64,000 nucleotides of DNA. Source: Octopus sinensis. Taxonomy: Eukaryota. Position numbers and translations under genes: made by a program. This document shows positions 38,806 to 51,469 of this stretch, piece by piece (positions within the stretch are counted from its first letter, which is position 1; the number at the start of each line of letters is the position of its first letter). The stretch is taken from positions 40,176,001-40,240,000 of the forward strand of contig NC_043003.1 in assembly GCF_006345805.1 (NCBI RefSeq). The letters are read 5' to 3'. The notes under the pieces were generated by a model that saw nothing but the letters and a program-made list of their open reading frames with translations, made no database searches and was not told where the DNA came from.

Positions 38806-41580
38806 TGCTGCTGGAAGTATTTAAGTTGGTTGATTTTCTTTTTAATTCTTTTTATTTTTCTGATAATTGCTCTTCTATTTCAATGGATTCTGCACTTAGA
38901 TTTGTATACTGATCTTAATGGAGTATGGTTTGCGCATATATTTGTTACAGTATCTACAAATGTCTGCCATGATGTATTCATGTTGGTGGGGTGGGGTGCG
39001 TACGAGAAGACCCAATCAACTTGTGAAAGATCATGATTGATCGTATCCCAGTCTGCGTTATGAAGATCCATAGTGTCAAATGGATGGGCTGGAGAGATAT
39101 CACTGGATTTGATCTTTGGCTGGTAGAATCTCAGATCGCAGAGAACCATGTCATGGTCTGAGAGTAGTGGTCTTTTTTCCACTCTGCAATAGTGAGGATA
39201 GTGTCAGTGAGGTTACTGAACACATGGTCCAAGGTGTTTTTGTGACACCTTGTTGGTTCGAGAACAAGTTGGGTCAGGAAAAACTCATCCATGAAATCAA
39301 AAAGCAATTCGATTGCTTTCTTATCACGGGTTGAGGTGAATAAACCTGGTGTCAAGCTGTTTGTGGACCAATCGACTCTGAGATGGTTAAAGTCCCCCAT
39401 CATTAATATGTTGTCAGCATTACACTGATTGATGAAATACTTAATATTGTTGAGGCATTCCTTGAAGCGTAGAAAAGGAGTTAAGGGTGGCCTATAGAGC
39501 CCAACTATTATTAAATTGTTGGTTTTACTATCCACATAAGCTGCTTCACAGTAGCCATTGGTAAATATGTCCATTGCTTCAACCGAAAAAGAATCGTGTA
39601 CGAAAATGGCGGTCCCACCCTTTCTTCTGCCGACACTATCTGCACGGATAGCTGTAAAATTCTTCACTCGTACCTCAGCTTCCAAGTGGAAGTTATTGAG
39701 ATGGGGGATCTTTTCTATTCTGAAGCCAGGACCACAGATCTTTCTACTTAACTAAATAATCTGAAACTTCGTATGCTGATAGAGTCTAGCAAAACAAGAC
39801 ACAGGTTGGAACTAGTTTATTTGAGAAAAATCTATTTTATGACTTTAATCGTAGATTAAAACTGCGAATTTTAACCAATCAGATTGTTTGTTTTCATGTG
39901 TAAAACTTGACTGCATTCTATTAGTGTGACGTAGAAAGCGCTTTTGTGACGTACTAACGTTCGGAAAACTGTAAACAAACACAGAACGTAACGGCAGACG
40001 AAATACGGCTACGCATTTCGCCCGGCGTGCTAACGTTTCTGCCAGCTCTTTGCTTTTTAATATTAAATTTCGGCGTTGTCGTAGCACAAGTTTTCGTCGA
40101 TTCCGTAAAAAACTTTTATTTTTTTACATAAGTAATGAGAGCGAAAGAGACTAAGAGGAAGCGATTTTATGACGAGGGAAGTTTGTCTTTGAAGTTACCG
40201 TCTAGGGGAAGCATTGATGTACATGTGTGTGTGTGTGTGTTTGATGGGGTGTGGGAGACAGTATGTTGTGTAAGTGAAGTGCTTCTGTTAGTGTGTGTGA
40301 AGAGACAGAGAGAGTAATGTGTGAAAGAGAGAGATAACTGAAATTTTTTACTCGGTGTATGTGTATATGTATGTCTGCATGTATGTGTGTGTGTGTATGT
40401 ATCTATGTATGTATGAATCGGCCATACATACATACACACACACACATACATACACACACACACATACTTACACATACATACACACACACACATACATGCA
40501 GACATACATATACACATACACCGAGTAAAAATTTCAGTTATCTCTCTCTTTCACACATTACTCTCTCTGTCTCTCACACACACTAACAGAAGCACTTCAC
40601 TTACACAACATACTGTCTCCCACACCCCATCAAACACAAACACACAATGTACATCAATGCTTCCCCTAGACGGTAACTTCAAAGACAACTTCCCTCGTCA
40701 TAAAATCGCTTCCTCTTAGTCTCTTTCGCTCTCATTACTTATGTAAAAAAATAAAAGTTTTTTACGGAAATCGATGGAAAACTTGTGCTACGACAAGCGA
40801 AACTTCGCCTAAATTTCTCGCCTTTTGCACAAATAAATACAATAAGTGAAATGAAACGCATTAGCTTAGAAACGAAATGTTTACATTTAAGATGTTTAAT
40901 ACGTCACGAAATTGGTGGTCGAGACGGAGTAAATAAAATAAAGCCGAATGACGGAATATCATTGGTTAAAATTCTAATTATTAAACAACGTTAAACTTAG
41001 AAGTTACAATTCCGTTTTCATTCTGGTTTACAATTAAGTTTACTTTTGACACATTCTACCAGTATACGAAGTTTCAAATTGTTTGGTTCAGTAGGAAAAA
41101 TTTGAAAAAACTGGCTTCAGAATAGAAAAGATCCGAGATGGGTCTCTGTGAGTACGAAGAAAGGGATATGGTGCGGATGGTCATTAACCTAATCCTCAAT
41201 AAATTGGATCTTCCATTTTGGGGCATTGGTGGAAGGGCTGATGCCTTGTGCATTGAGCAAAAATGTTGGAGCGATAGTGGGGACTGATTTTGACTGTTTT
41301 GGTGATTTGCTTGTTAATGGCAGCACTGAGAGTTTAATTTTGCGCATGTGCATTGTTTGTTTTTGATTTTGTCGACTACCCAACGACAACGTCTGTGAGA
41401 AAAAAACATCTCCATGACGCAATTCACTCAGCCAGAAATTTGGAAACAACATGCTGTACTGCTCGGCATTCGCACAGAAAGCTCCAATACGAACGGATGG
41501 TGAACACACAGAACAGCCGTTGGCTTGCAGTGTCCTCAAAACATGTACCTAGAGTGGTAAAAATCAAAAATCCAGTCAAC
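38806..41580 (-). mobile_element. duplicated CR1 endonuclease half (interrupted by a TIR element)
   Basis: 38806-39705 and 41135-41580 align with 36718-37972 at high identity. Confidence 0.92.
39706..41134. mobile_element. non-autonomous TIR DNA transposon, 8-bp TSD, internal long palindrome
   Basis: Perfect 24-bp TIR GGATCTTTTCTATTCTGAAGCCAG; TSD GAGATGGG (39698-39705 and 41135-41142); the empty site is seen in the paralogous block at ~37528. Confidence 0.93.
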
Positions 41581-41649
41581 ACTAGAATTAAATGATTTAG
41601 ATAACATCACTGATGATTTAAATATATTTAATGAAATATCTGACTGTCA

Positions 41650-41720
41650 GCATCGGTGGTTCAGTGGTAGAATGCTCGCCTGCCACGCGGGCGGCCCGGG
41701 TTCGATTCCCGGCCGATGCA
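41650..41720 (+). tRNA. tRNA-Gly-GCC: tRNA-Gly(GCC), copy 2
   Basis: Identical 71-nt sequence to copy 1; T-run terminator downstream. Confidence 0.97.
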
Positions 41721-42280
41721 TATGAAAGTCTATTTTTATTTTCTATATTATCTTTTGGCCACATTTCGAATGTCTCTTAAAGAGTCAACTTCAATTTTAA
41801 TAAGAAACTTGAGACAAGTAATATTCATTCACAGCACTTGTATTCTATTACGTGTGGGTCTATGTCTGTGTGTCCCGCATAGTCATTTGACTGACAACAT
41901 CCAGTTTTAGGTGCAGGAGTGGCTGTATGGTAAGGATTTGCTTCACAACCAGAGTTCAGGGTTTAATCCCACTGCGTAGCCTTGTGAGTGGATTTGGTTG
42001 ATGGTAACTGAAAGAAGCCCGTCATATCTCTGTGTGTGTGTGTTCCCCATCACCGCTTGAGAACCGGTATTGGTGTATTTATGTTCCCGCAACTTAGCAG
42101 TTCGGCAAACGAGGCCTATAGAATAACGACTAAGCTTTAAAAGAAAATAATAAGTACTGGGGTCGACCCGTTTGGTTAAAAATTCTCCAAGGTAGTGCTC
42201 CTACATAGCCCCGGGCCGTCCAAGGCCTTGTAGGTGGATTTGGTGGACGGAGGCTAAAGGAGGCCCGTCGTATATATGTG

Positions 42281-42326
<46 letters not shown>

Positions 42327-42334
42327 ATATATAT

Positions 42335-42912
42335 CTGTAAATGGTGTTTTGAGTGATCACTAGTGATGGCAACGTTATGCCCCCATTCATCTTCCACACA
42401 ACCTCAGACTCAACACGGAGGCCTACATCAAGTGTCTGGAGAAGGTAGTGCTGCCTTGGGTCAAGAGACTGGCTGCTGGAAGACCCTGTGTCCGGCAACA
42501 GGGCTCTGCACCATGCCACACAAGCAGTCAGACTGTCAGACAATTTTTGCCACCACATCACCCCTAACAACTGGTCACTTAATTCCCCAGACTGCAACCC
42601 CCTTGATTATTAAGTGTGGAGCGCAGTTGGGCGAGAGACCAAGAAAACTCCTTGTAACACCTAAGATAAACTGAAGGCAGCAAAGATTATGGCAGCATTC
42701 ACCAACTTAAACAAGGAGATCGTCCAGAAGGATTACAGGAGATTCCGAAGTCGTCTGGAGGCCGTGGTTGAAGCCAATGGCGATTTTATTGAATAAATTT
42801 ATTCTTTAATATTTTCAAGATATTTTAATGTAATTTTGGTAAAATGTGTTAAAATGTTAAAATGTGTGATCAGTGTTATTTTCATTTTTGCGTAGACGAC
42901 AATTTATTCACC
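42335..42912 (+). mobile_element. Tc1/mariner-superfamily (maT/DD37D-like) transposase 3' remnant
   Basis: DGNVMPPFIF...VLPWV...QQ.SAPCHTS...NSPDCNPLDY.VW..V.RET...RFRSRLEAVVEANGDFIE. Confidence 0.8.
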
Positions 42913-42934
42913 GTACCTTGTATTTTACATATAT

Positions 42935-42965
42935 GTATGTACACACACACAAACACACACACACA

Positions 42966-43015
<50 letters not shown>

Positions 43016-43243
43016 TCACATAGATGCATACATACATACATACATACATACATACATACGTTTGTGTGTATGCATATATGCGTGTATATACACACACACA
43101 GATACATACATACATACATATATATATATGTGTGTGTGTGTGTGTGCGTGTGTGCATACATACATACATGTTTGTGTGTATGCATATATGCATGTATATA
43201 CACACACACAGATACATACATACATACATATATATATATATGT

Positions 43244-43301
<58 letters not shown>

Positions 43302-43310
43302 CGTGCGCGT
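42935..43310. repeat. compound (CA)/(TACA)/(TG) microsatellite with internal ~110-bp duplication
   Basis: Direct inspection; source of several spurious ORFs in the track. Confidence 0.9.
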
Positions 43311-44368
43311 GTACAACAAGACAGTAATTGCAGCATCATGTTGCTTGCTATCTTACTGTCTTACTCCTCTTACATCAAATACTTTATTAAATACTTAAGT
43401 AAATTTATCGAATACTTTAAATCAATTAACGAGTTGAGTGAGACTGCAGACAGGCTGAGATATATGACCGTATACAGTGTTTTCCGCTTGAAACGTTAGA
43501 ATTTTCGTCTCCGTCACAGCAAACCAATTTATTCCATTTTTGAACTGGCAATAGATTGGTCGAACCTCATCGTTCGATCGATATTCTAGTCTTGATCGTA
43601 CTACTCTGATGTCTGTGCGACTTTACAGTGTCCAGATAAAACAATTTTCACTTCTTCCGGTATTCTATATCTAGCCGATCGAAAAACCAGACCTTTACGC
43701 AACAGTACATAACTTCGCTATAACATTAATGTTCTGAAGTCTTGTCTTTAACGCTTTCAACGATATTATAAACTGTCTTTAAATATCACATAGAGTCTCT
43801 TTATCTTCGTCTTTCGCTAACACTATAATGTCTTACTCACTAATTTAGCGTTTTCTAATCGAGGCTGCCCGGAACTCTAGGTCGCTCGGGGTTCCGCTGG
43901 AAACTCTGATAGAGAGGCTATTTGTATGCAAATGAGTTTTTGAGTAGTTTGAGCGTTAAATTCCATTTTCGTAATTTTATTAAACACACTCGGCATATTC
44001 TCTAAAGTAAGGAAACTCTGGTACCTGTAGGTAGCCTCCTAACAGGAAAAGGGAATGGTTGGGGGAAAATAGCCTAAACAAGGTCTTGGTTAAGATGAAA
44101 TTTCTTAAACCTTCTTTTAGGCATCAGATGGATTTAGTTCTGCCAAACTTTTTTCAAACCCAGTTTTTCTCATTTTTAAAAATCTCATGAAATTTAACGG
44201 TTTAGAAGAGGCGGTGCTTCAGCTTTAAGGCAGTGCTCCAGTATGGTCACAATCAAATGACTAAAACAAGTAAAAGAATAAAAGAATATATACACACACA
44301 TGCGCACGCACACACAGACACTCACACACACGTATGTATGTATGTATGTATGTATGTATGTATGTATG

Positions 44369-44404
<36 letters not shown>

Positions 44405-44408
<4 letters not shown>

Positions 44409-45571
44409 GTCATTAAGAATGAAATGTCCGATATTGAACTGAAAGTTTATTTTACTTTATCTCAGCAAAAATCTTTGTAGTTAATCAAAGTATGCACCTG
44501 AATTATTAACACAATTTTGCCATCTTATCGGTAGCTTATTTATGCCAGCAGCAAAGAACTCTGGAGAGCAAGAGGTGATGAAATCACGAAAAGCTCTTTT
44601 TGCATCTTCTTCAGGTTTGAAGTTCAGTTCCTGTAACTTGAGTAGCGTTCTTTGTGCAACATGTGGTCGAGCATTGCCTTGCAAGAGAATTGGCCTCTTT
44701 TGGCCAATCTCGGTTCTTTGATTGCAAATTCACTCATCATTTCATCCAGTTTGTTGATGCATTCATCCGCTGTAATTGACTTACCAGGTCTCATGAAGCT
44801 GAAGTGGATGACACCAGCGCTGGACCACCATACAGACACCATTAGCTTTTTTTGGTGAATATCATTTTTGTATTGTGTTTTGGTTCTCCGTCTCTATCCA
44901 ACCATCATGCAGAACGCTTGCTATTGTTGAAAAGAATCCATTTTTCATCACACGTAACAATACAATACAAAAATGGTTCACTTTCGTGCCGTGACAGCAA
45001 AGAACAGCAAGTTTCAAGACAACGTGTCATTTGATGCTCGTTCAGTTCTTGTCCAGCTTCTTTACCTTGCTGACTTGCTTCAGATGGTTCAATACAGTTG
45101 GAATCGAACCATCAAACCTTGCTGCTAACTTGCTAACTCACGCGTAGTTTGAGATGTATCCGCTTCCACTACAGTTTTCAGCTCATCATTATTCACCTTG
45201 GTCTCAAGTTTACCACAGGGCTGATTTTCAAAAGTAAAGTCACCAGACCCGAACTTCTCAAACCATCGACGTACAGTGCACTCATTCACCACATCTTCAC
45301 CAAACACCTCATTGATGTTTCGAGCTGCCTGGGATGCATTGGCTTAACGGCGAAACTCATTCATAAACAAGACAAATTTTCGATCCATCCATGGGTTAAC
45401 AAAAATTGATTTACAAGAGAAAACACACAGTATAATTACACACGATGAATTGCATTTCGAAAAGTGATGATGTAACTCTTCGATGTAAAACAAAAATACG
45501 CCAGGATAAAACATACTTAACGACTGTCAAACTAGGTGCATAAGAAAATCGGACATTTCGTTCTTAATGAC

Positions 45572-45575
<4 letters not shown>
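44405..45575 (-). mobile_element. mariner transposon with both TIRs, decayed transposase
   Basis: TIRs TCAGGTCATTAAGAATGAAATGTCCGA and TCGGACATTTCGTTCTTAATGACCTAA, within (TA)n; motifs TVRRWFEKF, VTCDEKWI, MVSVWW and GINKLPIRWQNCVNNSGAYFD. Confidence 0.92.
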
Positions 45576-45640
<65 letters not shown>

Positions 45641-45969
45641 AAAATAGGATAAAATCTTTATAAGAATTTATCAAGTAGTTAACGTGAAAAAACCTCATAA
45701 GGGAAAAAAAACACATCAATTTTTCTCTTAAATATATTTATATTGAGGGCATTACTATACATAAATGCCACACGCTAGGAGGGACTCTTAAAGTCAAACT
45801 ACAAAAATAAATAAACGCATTGTACCGAATACGAGGGAATATAACTCTCGAAGCGAGCATTTTAAAAACAGAATTCAGCTGCATATCATATGATTTCATA
45901 ATTAGTGCACATATGTACTTTTTAATCTTCAGTGCGAGCATAATTCAAGATATATAAAAAAAATGAGCA

Positions 45970-46008
<39 letters not shown>

Positions 46009-46177
46009 CTTAATGTTCTCTCCGTTTCTTTCTGCGTTCCTTTCTGTGGAAAAGCGTAGGCTCGAAACGTTAAAGACTTTTTCCCGAGCGTTAAACTAAT
46101 ACATATGTTTGTTGTCTACACCACCAGTCTTCGTCTTTTGTTTTTTTTTTGTGAATTCTCCCTATATATATATAGTA

Positions 46178-46235
<58 letters not shown>

Positions 46236-46461
46236 TCTTTTATTCTTTTAGTTGTTCCAGTCATTTGACTGCAGCCATGCTGGAGCACCGCTTTAGTCAA
46301 ACAATTCGACCCCAGGACTTATTCTTTGTAAGCTTAGTACTCATACTATCGCTCTCTTTTGCCGAACCGTATGTTTACGGGGACGTAAACACACCGACAT
46401 CGGTCAAGACAACAAAAGAATGAAAGAGACCTCGATATTATGTAAATAGAGGAATTTATCT

Positions 46462-46682
46462 GTAAATGTAATATGTGACAATTATTCGGTAGCCATGATA
46501 AAACTCCGAGTTTCGGTTGTCGAGGTGGAAATCCACGCCACCATCTCTTCAGTTATCCGGCCGTCGGAAAAATACTATGAAAAAAAACCCCGGATAACTG
46601 AAGAGATGGCGACGTGGATTTCCACCTCGGCATCTGAAACTCGGAGTTTTATCATGGCTACTGAATAACTGTCACATATTAC

Positions 46683-46688
<6 letters not shown>
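46462..46688. mobile_element. palindromic MITE
   Basis: ~98-bp arms (TAAATGTAATATGTGACA...AGTTATCCGG) around a ~30-nt spacer. Confidence 0.8.
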
Positions 46689-46760
<72 letters not shown>

Positions 46761-47340
46761 ATCTTTACACATATATACGACGGGCCTCATTTAGCCTCCG
46801 TCCACCAAATCCACCCACAAGGCCTTGGACGGCCCGAGGCTATGTAGGAGCACTACCTTGGAGAATTTTTAATCAAACGGGTCGACCCCAGTACTTATTA
46901 TTTTCTTTTAAAGCTTAGTCGTTATTCTATAGGCCTCGTTTGCCGAACTGCTAAGTTGCGGGAACGTAAATACACCAATACCGGTTCTCAAGCGGTGATG
47001 GGGAACACACACACACAGATATGACGGGCTTCTTTCAGTTACCATCAACCAAATCCACTCACAAGGCTACGCAGTGGGATTGAACCCTGAACTCTGGTTG
47101 TGAAGCAAATCCTTACCATACAGCCACTCCTGCACCTAAAACTGGATGTTGTCGGTCAAATGACTATGCGGGACACACAGATACACGTAATACAAGTGCT
47201 GTGAACGGATATTTACTTGTAGATTACTTGTCTCAAGTTTCTGATTAAAATTGAAGTTGACTCTTTAAGAGACATTCGAAATGTGGCCAAAAGATAATAT
47301 AGAAATAATTCAATAAAAATAAAAAAAAGAGACTTCCATA

Positions 47341-47411
47341 TGCATCGGCCGGGAATCGAACCCGGGCCGCCCGCGTGGCAGGCGAGCATTCTACCACTGA
47401 ACCACCGATGC
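47341..47411 (-). tRNA. tRNA-Gly-GCC: tRNA-Gly(GCC), copy 3
   Basis: Exact reverse complement of copy 1; T-run terminator on the minus strand. Confidence 0.97.
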
Positions 47412-47689
47412 TGACAGTTAGATATTTCATTAAATATATTTAAATCATCAATGATGTTATCTAAATCATTTAATTCTAGTGAAAAGAGCTAGGGGAAGAC
47501 AACTTTTAATTAAAATCAGATAACTATGAAATGCGGTGGTGTACGGGTCTGATACTTTACTGTACGGTGATACCTCCACTCCAGACATACTTCCGTCAAC
47601 TGGACCTCCTTAATGATTTCAAATTTTGACACATGGCCAAAAGTTTTGGTTAATGTTTATTTAACGAAAAAAAAAAATAAAGAAAAAAA

Positions 47690-49285
47690 CGTGTGTGAAA
47701 AAATGTATGAAACAAATATGAAAAAAAAAATGCGCGCAAAGCAACGAGAGGTTGGGAAGAGGACTTTCGAAAAATTCACAAGGTCCGATTTTCCCCCCAT
47801 TACTTTGAGGAAAATGATATCTTTTAATGAAATTTTATATAAATACCTTTTAAACGGCATACATTGCGGTTATAAAGAAATTTGTGGGGAAAATCTTTTC
47901 CGATGGGATGGGGAGATGACTTTCGAAGAGAGAGAAATTCATAAATTATATTTTTGCCTGAGTGTAATGGAAAAAAGTTTGAAAAAAAATTTCGATTCAT
48001 TTTTTTGTTTTGTTTGAGCAACAGAAAATTTTTTTTAAAAAATATCCCATATATTAGGCGCAGGAGTGGCTGTGTGGTAAGTATCTTGCTTACCAGCCAC
48101 ATGGTTCCGGGTTCAGTCCCACTGCGTGGCACCTTGGTCAAGTGTCTTCTACTATAGCCTCGGACCGACCAAAGCATTATGAGTGGATTTGGTAGACGGA
48201 AATTGAAAGAAGCCCGTCGTATATATGTTTGTGTATATATGTGTGTGTGTGCATGTATGTTTGTGTGTCTGTGTTTGTCCCCTAGCATTGCTTGACAACC
48301 GATGCTGGTGTGTTTATGTCCCCGTAACTTAGCGGTTCAGCAAAAGACACCGATAGAATAAGTACAAGGCTTACAAAGAATAAGTCCCGGGGGTCGAGTT
48401 GCTCGACTAAAGGCGGTGCTCCAGCATGGCCGCAGTCAAATGACTGAAACAGAACAAGAAAAAGAGTAAAGAGTATCATGGTGAGAGAAACAAATTCATA
48501 AATATGATGTTGAATATGGTTTCACTATAGGAAAAAGTTAAGGGCGATTTAGCTGTTGCTTTTAGCATATTTCACGACCCTCTGATACCTTCCTTATTTA
48601 CTTAATATTTTCGGTTAATTACTACAAGTTCTCTCAGTTACCAATAAGATCTGTATAAACTTAATTAGGGTGGGTGGGTAAGAATGTTTTACAGAATAAA
48701 AAATGCGTCAACGTACCTTTAAAGAGTTATTGGTGAACGACATCAAGAACCGGTATACATTCTTACGTGTCATCAGGAACATGGGTATAGTCTTGCAGCC
48801 CCCAAAAGAAACTTATGAAGTCGCTGAGTTGACGGTATGAAAAGTAACCGAGCGACATATTGTTTCAAGTAGCTTGATTTCATTCCGAGTCGGACAATAC
48901 AATTTCTCAGGCTTCCCAATAAACGCTCAGTATTTTGAATGTGAATTGAAAGCTATGCGATTTGAAAGGTATTTATATAAAATTTCATTAAAAGATATCC
49001 ATATTCCTCAAAGCTTTTTGGGGAAAAATCAAATCTTGTGAATTTTCCGAAAGTCCTCTCTCCACCCCATTGGAAAAGATTTTCCCCACAAATTTCTTTA
49101 TAACCGTAATGTATGTCTTTTGAAAGGTATTTACATAAAATTTCATTAAAAAAATCCCCATTTTCCTAAAAGTTATGAAGGAAAAACTCGGATCTTGTGA
49201 ATTTTCCGAAAGTCCTCTCCCCACCCTCCCATTGCTTTGCGAGCATTTTTCTTTAATATTTGTTTCATACACATCTTTTTTACAC
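47690..49285. repeat. inverted repeat pair (~230 bp arms) enclosing a SINE
   Basis: 47690-47925 is the reverse complement of ~49050-49285, with an extra sub-repeat at ~48955-49070; core GAAAATTCACAAG / CTTGTGAATTTTC. Confidence 0.75.
48057..48470 (+). mobile_element. SINE family A, full length
   Basis: GGCGCAGGAGTGGCTGTGTGGTAAG head through CAGTCAAATGACTGAAAC tail. Confidence 0.9.
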
Positions 49286-49365
49286 CCGTTGCACTATTAT
49301 TTTTGTTGTTGTTTTCGTTTCCGGGCAATATTACACCAACACCGATTGTCAAGCGGTGGTGGGGA

Positions 49366-49397
<32 letters not shown>

Positions 49398-49725
49398 GAC
49401 GGGCTTCTTTCAGTTACTATCAACCAAATCCACTCACAAGGCTCCGCAGTGGGATTGAACCTTGAACTCTGGTTGTGAAGCAAACCCTTACCATACAGCC
49501 ACTCCTGCACCTAAAACTGGATGTTGTCAGTCAAATGACTATGCGGGACACACAGACATAGACCCACACGTAATAGAATACAAGTGCTGTGAATGAATAT
49601 TTACTTGTAGATTACTTGTCTCAAGTTTCTGATTAAAATTGAAGTTGACTCTTTAAGTAACATTCGAAATGTGGCCAAAAGATAATATAGAAATAACTCA
49701 ATAAAAATAAAAAGAGACTTTCATA

Positions 49726-49796
49726 TGCATCGGCCGGGAATCGAACCCGGGCCGCCCGCGTGGCAGGCGAGCATTCTACCACTGAACCACCGATGC
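49726..49796 (-). tRNA. tRNA-Gly-GCC: tRNA-Gly(GCC), copy 4
   Basis: Exact reverse complement of copy 1; T-run terminator on the minus strand. Confidence 0.97.
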
Positions 49797-50290
49797 TGAC
49801 ACTCATATTTCTCATTAAATATATTTAAATCATCAGTGATGTTATCTAAATCATTTAATTCTAGTGAAAAAAGCTAGGGGAAGACAACTTTTAATTAAAA
49901 TCAGATAACTATGAAATGCGGTGGTGTACGGGTCTGATACTTTACTGTACGGTGATACCTCCACTCCAGACGTACTTCCGTCAACTGAACCTCCTTAACA
50001 AATAATGATGTCGAATTTTGACATACGGCCAAAAGCTTTTTTTTAGGGGAGAAGGAAGTAGATTACATCGACCCCAGTACTTGACTGGCACTTATTTTAT
50101 GGACCCCGAAAGGATGAAAGGCAAAATCGACCTCAGCGGAATTTGAGCTCAGAACTTAAAAATAAACAAAATGCCGCTAATCTTTTTGTTCGGAGTGCTA
50201 AGGATCCTGCCAGCTTGCTATCTCTTTAGCTAATAATAGCATTATCGTTATTTAAGTGACTATAGATGTATATATGTATAGATGTATATG

Positions 50291-50775
50291 GAATATACAT
50301 TGCATTAGATGTATTAGACGATTACTGTTTCACTCCTGTGACCGGGTGTTGAGGTTTAGCGCTCGGATTCTGTACAGTTGATCGTGTGAATTTTCCGAGC
50401 CCCCCCCGTTTGTCAGCGCGTATTTTTTTCTTAATATTTGTTGAATATACATTGCATTAGAAGTATCAGACGATTGCTGTTTCACTCCAGTGACCGGGTG
50501 TTGAGGTTTAGCGCTCGGATTCTGTACGGTTGATTGTGTGAATTTTCCGAGCCCTCTCCCCACCACACGTTTGTCAGCGCGTATTTGTTTCTTAATATTT
50601 CTTGAATATACATTGCATTAGATATATTAGACGATTTCTGCTTCGCTCCTGTGACCGGCTGTGGAGGTTTAGTGCTCGGATTCTGTACAGCTGATCGTGT
50701 GAATTTTCCGAGCCTTCACCCCACGTTTGTCAGCGCGCATTTTTTCATCATATTCCTTTAATATACGGTGCATTA
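50291..50775. repeat. tandem repeat, 3 copies of ~152-161 bp plus a partial copy
   Basis: Units start GAATATACATTGCATTAGA at 50291, 50443 and 50604; each contains GTGTGAATTTTCCGAGCC. Confidence 0.92.
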
Positions 50776-51469
50776 CAACTGTTACACATTTTCGTTTCCA
50801 TTTTTCCCACCGGGTGCGGATCTAGATATTAACTGAATTGTTTCGAAAGAACACAGAGTAGTGTTACATCACAAAGACAGACATTGGACAAAAATAACGC
50901 ACCTCCCGCCAAAACACCCCCCACCAAAAAACAAAAAAACAAAATTAAAACAGATGCTATTGTATGAAAAATTAAATGAGTTAAAATTCTTTGATTTAAC
51001 ACATCAAATATACCACCATCGACTTCCCTTTTACGATTTTTATGCAACGTATGTCTCTTTAAGATTCAAGGTGTACAGATGCAGCGCTTACAGCGTTTTC
51101 AAGATCAAGAAGCGTGGTGAAGTTGATGTTGAGCTCTTAGTGACAGTAAGACTGCATTATTAATGCTTCTATTATGGATAAAGAGTACGGGAGGATTCAC
51201 AATCATCACTGTAAATTAATGACGGACTGAACAGTCTTGTAGTGCTACCTCTGCTTACAACAGCAAGCATTTCCTTTCCATGGTGTCTTCTTATAACTAA
51301 GTGAAGTAGGTTATTGAATATTTTGGTCAAGGACTTAGTGCAATACCGATGGATTGTTACCCGATACTTTATTGATTCAGCCACGAACGATTTTAGTCCT
51401 CCAATTAGCAGAATATTTACTGTCCCATGTTTAATAGCATAAAAGGCTCCACTGTACTAAACCACTAAA

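Noticed and set aside
42873-43499. Long ORFs of 100-208 aa (also at 34192, 40167, 62952, 63510)
   Set aside because: They are translations of (CA)n/(TA)n/(TACA)n microsatellites.
50291-50775. CRISPR-like or other spacer array (also considered for 20358-20835 and 51470-52145)
   Set aside because: The units are contiguous tandem repeats with no unique spacers; the context is eukaryotic and there are no cas genes.
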